A DNA stretch of 64,000 bases from Vulcanimicrobiota bacterium (GTDB taxonomy: Bacteria; Vulcanimicrobiota; Vulcanimicrobiia; Vulcanimicrobiales; Vulcanimicrobiaceae), in the NCBI GenBank assembly GCA_963714015.1, contig OY970223.1:1056001-1120000 (forward strand), in the 5' to 3' direction. Of the stretch, positions 39,944 through 48,111 are shown one piece after another. Position 1 is the stretch's first letter. Each line of letters starts with the position of its first letter. Under the pieces are notes generated by a model. The model was not told the origin of the DNA, ran no database searches, and saw nothing but the letters and a program-made list of their open reading frames with translations. The position numbers and the translations under genes are program-made.

Positions 39944-41192
39944 GTGCCCCAGAAAACGGGCGTCTTCGGCCGCAGGCACTGGATTCCGCCGGCGGCGCTC
40001 ATTTACGCACAGGCGGCGCACGGGTTTTCGTGGGCGCTGATTCTGCTTACGGCCTGGACGGGTAATTTCGGCAACGTTCTCTATGCGTTTGCATGGATCC
40101 ACACGGTCGCCCTGGGCTGGATAACGATGGCCGCGCTGGCAATTTTGGTTTTTGCGATTCCTCAGTTCACCGGCGTCGTTTGGCGTGGTGAAACGATCGC
40201 GCGTTGGTCTCTTGCGGCGTATGCAGTAGGCACAGCCGCTCTGATTTGGGGCTTCTTGAGCGATTCGCCGCTGATTGCCATAGCGGCGGGAATTATCGTT
40301 GCAGCGCTGCTGGCGTACCTTGCAACGGCGTTTGCCTCGCTATCGGCGGCATTCTTCTACGATTCGAGCAAACGCGTCGAGCGCGCCGTCGCGCGCGCGT
40401 TTGCCGGAACGCTGCTGTTTTTGCTGGCTACGGGCCTGCTCGGTTTCGGCCTTGCGTGGATGCTTGGAGGCGGCGCTATTCGCGGCGGCATCATTCCGTC
40501 GCCCGGCTCGCACGCCGCATTGGGGACGCTCGGCTGGCTTTCGCTGCTTATCTTCGGCGTGTCGATGCGTACGCTGCGCCCGATTAGCGGCGTGGCAACC
40601 CGTTTCCGAATGCTTCACATTGCCGTCGGCTCGCTGACGCTGATCGGAGTACCGCTGATCGCAGCCGGCGCCGGACTCAATTCAGCGGCTATCTCATGGA
40701 TCGGCGCCGCGCTCTTTGGCGTTGCGGCATTGACCTATGCTTTCGACGTCATAGACATCCTGCGGCGCGCCGTCGTGCGGCACCGTCCTCCGCAAGCATT
40801 CATCGGCGCCGCGATCGCGTGGTTTCTCACCGCGCTCGCTCTTGGTACGGGCGTTTTGCTGGGAAAACCGTGGCAGCCGGCTTATATCTTCGTTCTGCTC
40901 GCCGGATGGACCGGACAGATGGTGAACGGGCATTTCCACCACATCGGCGTGCGATTACTGGCGACGGTCTACCGCGGTGAAGACGACGAAACGCCGCCGG
41001 AAGATTTGCTCGAAACACGCCTTTCCTGGTATACGTTTGCCGCCATTCGAGCTGGGTGTGTTAATCGTGCTCGTCGCATTGCTGCGGGACGATGCCGCAC
41101 TCGCTGCGCGCGGAGCAATCTTCGGCCTCGGCGGGTGGATTGCGATGGTCGCGAACCTGCTCGCGGCCCGCACTCGTGCCGTAGCGGCTTAG
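39944..41192 (+). CDS. Polytopic membrane protein, NnrS/heme-copper-like His pattern (frameshift at about 41047)
   Basis: About 12 TM segments, WIHTVALGW and SHAALGTLGW; the C-terminal helices are in the frame of ORF 40977-41192. Confidence 0.55.
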
Positions 41193-41764
41193 TCGCGCCC
41201 CATGCGGTAGAATTCGACGTTCGGCCGCATGTCCATGACTCCGGCCATGCGGTTGGAGAATCCGAAGAACGCGGCGATTGCGGCAATGTCCCAGATGTCG
41301 TCGTCGCCGAATCCCGCCAAATGCAGTTCGTCGATGTCGTGCTCGGTGGCGGCGAATCCGGGCTCGTTGACTTTCGAAGCGAATGCAAGCATGGAACGCA
41401 GCCGCATGGAGATGCCGGCGGTTCGCCAGTTGTTGGCTATCTGCTCGGCGGTAACGGCGTTCTTGCCGATCAGGCGCAGTGCCGCACCGTGGGCGACCAT
41501 GCAGTATTGACAGCGGTTTTCGGATGAAACGGCGACGACGATTGCTTCGCGTTCCGCCCGGCTCAGATTGCCGGGGCCTTTCATGAGGACGTCGTGGTAC
41601 GTCATGAACGCGCGAAAGTGCTCGGGCCTGCGCGCATATGCGCGAAAGACGTTAGGGACGAAACCGATCTTCGCTCGGTTCTGCTCGTAGATTTCGCGGA
41701 TGTCGTCGGGGAGTTCGCTTTCCGGCGGCTCCCCGAAGCGTGAAACCTGTAGACGGGTTTCCAA
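41189..41764 (-). CDS. AhpD/carboxymuconolactone decarboxylase family peroxidase-related enzyme
   Basis: GFVPNVF, LSRAEREAI, NRCQYCMVAH, FGFSNRMA. Confidence 0.9.
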   Translation of the reverse strand: METRLQVSRFGEPPESELPDDIREIYEQNRAKIGFVPNVFRAYARRPEHFRAFMTYHDVLMKGPGNLSRAEREAIVVAVSSENRCQYCMVAHGAALRLIGKNAVTAEQIANNWRTAGISMRLRSMLAFASKVNEPGFAATEHDIDELHLAGFGDDDIWDIAAIAAFFGFSNRMAGVMDMRPNVEFYRMGRD

Positions 41765-41857
41765 GAGCGACTACTTGCTGTTCCCGCAGGAGACGCAGAT
41801 CGCGATTTGTTTCAGGCTCTCGTGCACGTTGACGGCAGGGCTTGCCTGTCCCCTTTC

Positions 41858-44707
41858 TTAGCGGTGCGCTCGTAGGGCGCGTTCGATTGAATCGACCGCA
41901 GCGGCAGCTTGTTCCGTCGGAACGGCGTCGGCTCCCTCTACTACGTCGAGAAGCGCCGAAAGCTGATCGTTCATAGCGGCCATTTGCGGATTGGATCGAG
42001 CGGCATAGGTGCGATTCATGAGTTCGACGATGCGGCTTGCCAGCGCGAACTGTTCGCGCAATCCGGCCTGCGAGATCGCGACCCGCGGATCCATCCGCAG
42101 GCGCAGCGGCCGCGTGTACGTGCGGCCGTCTACGGTCATCTTCACGGTATACGTCCCCGGAAGCGCCAGGACGCCTTGCGGAATGCGCGGGGTATCCTCG
42201 TATATGGCCGAAATCGGATAGTCGTGCGTGACCGCATCGGGATCCCCGTAGCGATAGTCCCAAACGAAGCGGTGCAGCCCCGCGGTGGCTGCGGGAATTT
42301 GCGTCCGCGCTACCCAGTACGTCGGCTTGTCGATCTCCGGAACGATCGGAATCGGCTGGTCCGTGCTGCTGAAATGGCGGACCAGATGACCGGCGCTGTC
42401 GTATATGGCAAGCGTAAGGGGGCCGCTCGCGTCCTGCGGCAAGTAGTAGTCGATGACGGCGCCGTCCGGGGGATTCTCTCCCGCCGGTTCTTCGGGCGGC
42501 AGCGGAGTATCCGTCCACGTGTCGCGGCGCAAACGGTACGCGCCGGCCGGTTTGAACAAATACGGCCGGGTGCCCGTTGCCGCTGTGTCGCGCAGTGCGC
42601 TGACGTCGTCCAGGATCCAGAACGAACGGCCGTGCGTCCCGACCACGAGATCGTTGCCGTGCACGACCAGATCGCGGATCGAAGTGGACGGAAGATTGAA
42701 CTGCAGAGGCTGCCACAGTTTACCATCATCCAAGGAGACGTAGACGGTTTGCTCGTTCCCCGCATACAACAGACCGCGCCGCACCGGGTCTTCGCGCACC
42801 GTGTTCGTCGATTGGCCGGCCGGGAGCCCCGAGGTAACGAGTTGCCACGTGCGGCCACCGTCGTGCGTGCGATAGACGTAGGGACGATAATCGTCGATCC
42901 GGGTTGCGTTAACCGCGACGTATGCGGTGCCCGCATCGAAATGCGAGGCATCGATCTGCGCGATCTGACTCCATGAAGCGATGCCGCGAGGCGTTACGTT
43001 TTGCCAGCGCCGCCCGCCGTCGCGCGTGACCCACACCAGTCCGTCATCGGTCCCGGCCCAAATCGTGTTCTTGTCGATGTAGGACGGAGCGATGCTGAAG
43101 ATTTCACCGCGATGCACGCCGTTCGCCAGCGGTGAGTCTTTAAATGCGCCTAAGTTCGCGGGAACGCCGGGATTGCTGCGGGTGAGATCGGGGCTGATCG
43201 TCTTCCAATGATAGCCGCCGTCCGTAGTTGCAAGCATGACGTTCGATCCGAGATACAGCGTGCGCTTGTCGACGTAGCTGAAAATGATCGGCGTCGTGCG
43301 GTTGAACCGGAGCGTTCCGCCATACGAAGGTGAAACGTCTTGAGTCTGCTGCGTGCGTTCGTCGTAACGGGAAACCACGCCGATTCCGGCTCCGTAGATA
43401 AGGTTGGGATGAAGCGGATCGGGCGCGATGTACGCGTACTCTTGCGCGCCTACCGGGTGAAAATAGCGGATCCAGATTTCTCCGTCTTCGCTGCGGCTCG
43501 CAACTTCCGCGCTTCCGCTCTCCTGCTGTCCGCCGAAGACCCAGTAGGGAAAGCGATTGTCCGTGATGACGTGATAGAACTGCGCGGTCGGCTGATTGTA
43601 CCAGCTGCTCCACGTCTTGCCGTAATTCACGGAAAGCGTGGCACCCTGATCGACGCCGAGCAAAATGACGTTGCGGTCCGTCGGGTCGATCCAGATCGTG
43701 TGATAGTCGTCCCCGCCGGGCGCGCCTTTGGTGGGAACCCACGTCTTGCCGGCGTCCGTCGATCGATACATCGACGTGTTGGCGACGTAGACGACGTCCG
43801 CGTCGGTCGGATCGACGGCCACGCCCGAGAAGTCGTCGCCGCGCCCGCAGACGCGCTCCTCCGAATCGGTCTGCGTCCAAGAAGCTCCCGCATCGCTCGA
43901 TCGGTATATCCCGCAGCTCTTGGCGCCGTTCACCCAAGCGTAAAGCCGGCTGGAATTGCTCGGAGCCACCGCCACGCCGATCCGGCCCACACCGGACGGC
44001 AAGCCGGTCTTGAGCTGCGTCCACGTAGTGCCGCCGTCGGTCGACTTATAGAGTCCGCCGTCCTGCCAAATCTGCAGCGTGTCGCGCAGGCGCCACGGCG
44101 GATTGCGGCCGGCCCAAAGATCCGCATAGAGCGTATCGGGATGATTCGGATCGATAACCACGGTCGCCGATCCCGTGTCGGCGTCTTTGCCCAGCACTTT
44201 TTGCCACGTTCGCCCGCCGTCGGTGCTTCGGTAAACGCCGCGCTCGGCATTCGGTCCGTACGGGTCACCCATCACCGCAGCGTACACGCGATCCGGCGAT
44301 CGCGGATCGACGGCAATCGCGCCGATCTGCATGCCGTCGCGCAGGCCTAAATGCGTCCACGTTTTCCCGGCGTCCGTCGACTTATAGATACCGTCGCCCG
44401 TGGAGAGATCGGGACGGCGCAAACCTTCGCCTGACCCGGCATAAATGACGTTCTGATCGCTCGGCGCTACTGCAAGCGCGCCGATCGAGCCGGTGTCTTG
44501 TCCGTCGAAGATGGGCTTCCACGTGCGCCCGTAATCGGTGCTCTTCCATACACCGCCGTCGGTTGCGCCGAAGTAATAGACACCCCGCTGCGCCGGTGCG
44601 CCGGCCACCGCGACGGTTCTGCCGCCGCGAAACGGTCCGATGAGCCGCCAATGAAAAGCCGTCTGCCCCTGTGTCAAGAGCGCGGCAGAAAAAGCAAGTG
44701 CGAGCAT
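41858..44707 (-). CDS. Secreted VPS10/BNR-repeat glycosyl-hydrolase-like protein
   Basis: WRLIGPFRGGR, many S/TxDxGxTW BNR repeats, TAQFYHV, GTHGRSFWILDD. Confidence 0.88.
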   Translation of the reverse strand: MLALAFSAALLTQGQTAFHWRLIGPFRGGRTVAVAGAPAQRGVYYFGATDGGVWKSTDYGRTWKPIFDGQDTGSIGALAVAPSDQNVIYAGSGEGLRRPDLSTGDGIYKSTDAGKTWTHLGLRDGMQIGAIAVDPRSPDRVYAAVMGDPYGPNAERGVYRSTDGGRTWQKVLGKDADTGSATVVIDPNHPDTLYADLWAGRNPPWRLRDTLQIWQDGGLYKSTDGGTTWTQLKTGLPSGVGRIGVAVAPSNSSRLYAWVNGAKSCGIYRSSDAGASWTQTDSEERVCGRGDDFSGVAVDPTDADVVYVANTSMYRSTDAGKTWVPTKGAPGGDDYHTIWIDPTDRNVILLGVDQGATLSVNYGKTWSSWYNQPTAQFYHVITDNRFPYWVFGGQQESGSAEVASRSEDGEIWIRYFHPVGAQEYAYIAPDPLHPNLIYGAGIGVVSRYDERTQQTQDVSPSYGGTLRFNRTTPIIFSYVDKRTLYLGSNVMLATTDGGYHWKTISPDLTRSNPGVPANLGAFKDSPLANGVHRGEIFSIAPSYIDKNTIWAGTDDGLVWVTRDGGRRWQNVTPRGIASWSQIAQIDASHFDAGTAYVAVNATRIDDYRPYVYRTHDGGRTWQLVTSGLPAGQSTNTVREDPVRRGLLYAGNEQTVYVSLDDGKLWQPLQFNLPSTSIRDLVVHGNDLVVGTHGRSFWILDDVSALRDTAATGTRPYLFKPAGAYRLRRDTWTDTPLPPEEPAGENPPDGAVIDYYLPQDASGPLTLAIYDSAGHLVRHFSSTDQPIPIVPEIDKPTYWVARTQIPAATAGLHRFVWDYRYGDPDAVTHDYPISAIYEDTPRIPQGVLALPGTYTVKMTVDGRTYTRPLRLRMDPRVAISQAGLREQFALASRIVELMNRTYAARSNPQMAAMNDQLSALLDVVEGADAVPTEQAAAAVDSIERALRAHR

Positions 44708-44746
44708 TTGCTCGCACTTGGCTCACGTTCGAAGGCTTCCTGCGCT

Positions 44747-45418
44747 CTACCGCTTGCGGATTTTGCGGCGCTTGGGCTGAAAAGGACCGCCGATCTTGAG
44801 CGCTTTGTTGCGCGGCAGCGACGCATCGACGTCCTGGCAGCCGATGGGTGAGAAATCCCGGCAGTCACCGGGGCGGGCTTCGTAAACGCCGCAGTAATAC
44901 CGGCCGGGCGCCGCTTCCTTTAGAAACACGCAGCGATCGGCTACGTCATCCGTGATTTTTCTAACCCACCCCAGATAAAAACCGTCGGCGGATTTGCGTT
45001 TGACGATGTACTCGTCCAAAACTTCTTTCGGCGGCATATTGAGGAAGCGCGCCAGGCGATCGACGTCGCCGCGGCTCACGAACGGCTCGTAACCGCTGCA
45101 GCACTCCGCGCAGCCCGGCGGGCACGCGATATTCTCGGGCAAGTCTCTGTGGTGTTTGCGCGCCAGCTCGATGACCTTTGCAATCGCCGCGACGAGCTCC
45201 GGATCGTCGTTGTACTTGTACTCCCACTCGCGCACGCTGATCTCGTTTGCGTTGTAATAGCGCGTGATGCTTTCGTTGTACGTTACGGTGATGTGCTCTT
45301 CGTCGATCTCGATCTTCTTGACGTGTTCGATGGGGCGCGCGTCGAGCATCTCCGGATGCGCGGGCTGGCCGGTTTCGCGCGCGTAGTTTCGCAGGGTAAT
45401 CAGGTCGATGGTTTCCAT
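44747..45418 (-). CDS. YkgJ family cysteine-cluster protein with an N-terminal extension
   Basis: CPPGCAECC...CVFL...CGVYEARPGDCRDF. Confidence 0.82.
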   Translation of the reverse strand: METIDLITLRNYARETGQPAHPEMLDARPIEHVKKIEIDEEHITVTYNESITRYYNANEISVREWEYKYNDDPELVAAIAKVIELARKHHRDLPENIACPPGCAECCSGYEPFVSRGDVDRLARFLNMPPKEVLDEYIVKRKSADGFYLGWVRKITDDVADRCVFLKEAAPGRYYCGVYEARPGDCRDFSPIGCQDVDASLPRNKALKIGGPFQPKRRKIRKR

Positions 45419-45509
45419 GTCGGATAGGGGCTTCGACAAATGGCTCGAAACTGCCCCCAGTCTTTAGGAAACCGCTGAATTATTTCAGGGTTCTTTAGGG
45501 AGGAGCAGA

Positions 45510-46472
45510 GTGCGCAAGGCCATCGGCGTGGATTTGGGCGGTTCCCACGTAACCGCTGCGGTCGTGCAAGAAGACGGCAAGATTCTCTCGCAGCACGAAC
45601 AGGACATCAACGATCGTGCGTTCGACGCCGTGATTGCGTCCGTCGAAGAGGTGACCAAGAACGCGCTCAAGGACGCCAAGGATGACGACTTAGCCGGCAT
45701 CGGCATCGGATCGCCGGGGAACATAGATCTGCCGAGCGGCGCCGTTCTCTGGTCGCCCAATTTCTTATGGACCAATGCGCCGCTGGGCGAACGGCTGCGG
45801 GCGACCTTCCGGCTGCCGATTTTCGTCGCGAACGACGCGCGCTGCGCAACTCTGGGCGAGTACATGTTCGGAACGGGGAGCGGAACCGAGAACTTCGTGC
45901 TGCTCACGCTCGGTACCGGCATAGGCGGCGGCATCGTATCGAACGGCGAGCTGCTGATCGGACATCGAGCGGGTGCGGGCGAGATCGGACATCATCAGAT
46001 ACGGCCGACGGACGGATTCATCTGCGGTTGCGGCAAGATCGGTTGTTTTGAAGCGCAGGCATCCGGCACCGGTTTATTGCGCCACGCAGTCGCCGTCGCG
46101 CCCTCTTTTCCGCGCAGCGTACTGCTCGACAAGAGTAAAGACAAACTGGGCTCCAAAGCGATTCGCCGCGCCGCTCAAGCGGGGGACTTGCACGCTTTGG
46201 CGGCCTGGCGCAATTACACCGGCGATCTGGCGCTCGGACTGGCGAACATCATCGCGTTCATCAATCCTCAACGGATTGCGCTTGGCGGGGGCGTGAGTTC
46301 CGCGGGCGAGTTTATGCTCGAGGCTGTTCGCGCGCGCGTCGACCAGCTCACGACGATGGTTCCTCCCGGCACGACCGAGATCGTCATCGCGCAGCTCGGC
46401 AACGACGCCGGACAAGTCGGCGCCGCTACGGTCGCGTTTCAAGGCGGATTAAAGCGCAGCCATGCGCGCTAA
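45510..46472 (+). CDS. ROK family sugar kinase (glucokinase-like)
   Basis: GVDLGGS, NDA, LGTGIGGG, GEIGH, CGCGKIGCFE; RBS GGAGGAG. Confidence 0.92.
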   Translation: MRKAIGVDLGGSHVTAAVVQEDGKILSQHEQDINDRAFDAVIASVEEVTKNALKDAKDDDLAGIGIGSPGNIDLPSGAVLWSPNFLWTNAPLGERLRATFRLPIFVANDARCATLGEYMFGTGSGTENFVLLTLGTGIGGGIVSNGELLIGHRAGAGEIGHHQIRPTDGFICGCGKIGCFEAQASGTGLLRHAVAVAPSFPRSVLLDKSKDKLGSKAIRRAAQAGDLHALAAWRNYTGDLALGLANIIAFINPQRIALGGGVSSAGEFMLEAVRARVDQLTTMVPPGTTEIVIAQLGNDAGQVGAATVAFQGGLKRSHAR

Positions 46473-47232
46473 GCTCGCGCTCGTCACGGGGGGTTCAGGC
46501 GGCATCGGACTCGAGCTCGCGCGATTGTTCGCGCAAGCCGGATACGACCTGGCTTTGGTTGCGCGCGGCGCACTGAAGCTCGAAGAGGGTGCGCAAGCGC
46601 TGAGCTCGGCCTTCGGCGTCAACGTCAAAAGGATGGCTCTCGATTTGGCGCAGCCTGGTGCGGCGGCGGACGTCTTCTCGCAGATACCGGCATGCGACGT
46701 GCTGGTCAACAACGCCGGTTTTGCGAACAGCGGCCCGTTCGCGGCGGCGGACCGGCAAGCCGTTTCGAGCGAACTGCAGCTGGACGTCGTTGCGCTCACC
46801 GAGCTCACGCGGCTGTACTTGCCCGGAATGCTGGAGCGTCGCGACGGAAAGGTTTTAAACGTCGCTTCCACAGCGGCATTCGTTCCGGGCCCAAACATGG
46901 CAGTGTATTATGCCGCCAAAGCTTACGTGCTTTCATTCTCCGAAGCGCTTGCGGAAGAAGTGCGCGCGGGCGGCGTTACCGTAACGTGCCTCTGCCCGGG
47001 AGCGACCGATACCGGTTTCCAGAAGCGCGCCGGAATCGAACGAACGCCGTTGATTCGCCTTGGCATGGCGGACGCAGGAAAGGTCGCGAAGGCGGGATTC
47101 GAAGGTTTGATGCGCGGCAAGCGCGTCGTCATTCCCGGCTTGACGAATAAACTCGTCGCTTTTTCACCGCGCATCTCACCCCGCGGTTTATTGTTGGCGA
47201 TCTCCGCCCGCCTCGTGAAAAGCTCAAACTAG
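46462..47232 (+). CDS. Short-chain dehydrogenase/reductase
   Basis: TGGSGGIG, NNAG, YYAAK. Confidence 0.92.
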   Translation: MRAKLALVTGGSGGIGLELARLFAQAGYDLALVARGALKLEEGAQALSSAFGVNVKRMALDLAQPGAAADVFSQIPACDVLVNNAGFANSGPFAAADRQAVSSELQLDVVALTELTRLYLPGMLERRDGKVLNVASTAAFVPGPNMAVYYAAKAYVLSFSEALAEEVRAGGVTVTCLCPGATDTGFQKRAGIERTPLIRLGMADAGKVAKAGFEGLMRGKRVVIPGLTNKLVAFSPRISPRGLLLAISARLVKSSN

Positions 47233-47368
47233 AAGGCGGGCCAAGGATACACGAATGTTTATCGTCGGCCTGCTTTCGCAGTTCGAACGACCCGACGCGT
47301 AAATTGATCTTTCTGGATAGACTCGTCGCGGCCGGCCGGCATATGAACGCCCAACGCGTTAATCAGAG

Positions 47369-48085
47369 TCATTGGGGCGCCGAGGCTTGGCGCCGGATGT
47401 TGCCGGGAAGCCGTTCGTAGAACTGATAGTTGGAGTATGTGACCGTTGCGCGCTCGCGCAGCCAGAAGAGCAGTCCATGTCCGCGCACGTGCGCCTGCAC
47501 GTCGCTTGGGAACACGAAGGAGCCGAAGCGCCCGAAGTGTTCTTCTAAGTCGACGGTCACGCCTGAATCGTCGAAAGTGCCCGCGGCGCCCACCGGCGTG
47601 AGCGATACCGGGTCCACATAGAGCCGGCCGAACGGATTGTCGCTTGTATCCCCGTCCGTATCGCGGCAAACGGCGCTGAGCGAAATCTCCAGTACGCTGC
47701 TGCCTTCCCAGGTCGTCTTCTTTTCGGATTGCGGCACGTAGCACTGCGGCCGGAAGGCGGGACGGGTGACCGGATTGGTGTTTTGACGGCTTTCATAATG
47801 GCCGGTGGAGAAGTTCTGCAGCGTTCCCTCTACCACGGCTCCGTCTTTGGTGCGCACGAAAACCGTCTGAAAAGGTTCGGAATCCCCGGCGATGCCGTGC
47901 GCACTCGCACTCGTTTGAAACGAGACGTATGGCGGACGGCTGGGGTGCTGCAGCATGAAGACGGCCTTGGCGTAATCGTCGGCTGGAATCATGCCGGATA
48001 TACATGCCGGCGCTCCCTCTTGTTTCGCGTCGCCATACGGCGGGAGGGCTCTCGCAGCGCCAAGAATTGCTCCTGCACAGCACAT
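47369..48085 (-). CDS. Hypothetical (probably exported beta-rich) protein; N-terminus uncertain or damaged
   Basis: Open 238-aa frame; the best RBS (GAGGGAG) precedes an ATG at 48005 that lies in a different frame. Confidence 0.5.
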   Translation of the reverse strand: MCCAGAILGAARALPPYGDAKQEGAPACISGMIPADDYAKAVFMLQHPSRPPYVSFQTSASAHGIAGDSEPFQTVFVRTKDGAVVEGTLQNFSTGHYESRQNTNPVTRPAFRPQCYVPQSEKKTTWEGSSVLEISLSAVCRDTDGDTSDNPFGRLYVDPVSLTPVGAAGTFDDSGVTVDLEEHFGRFGSFVFPSDVQAHVRGHGLLFWLRERATVTYSNYQFYERLPGNIRRQASAPQ

Positions 48086-48111
48086 CTTCGAGTGAGTGGA
48101 GGAGAGCTCAG

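Noticed and set aside
41858..44707. Repeated GTCCGTCGA/GCCGTCGGT-like words suggesting a DNA repeat array
   Set aside because: They encode BNR (SxDxGxTW) protein repeats and are not regularly spaced CRISPR or tandem repeats.
47255..47302. 15-aa ORF MFIVGLLSQFERPDA with an AAGGA upstream
   Set aside because: It is too short and has no supporting motif or context; it cannot be distinguished from chance.
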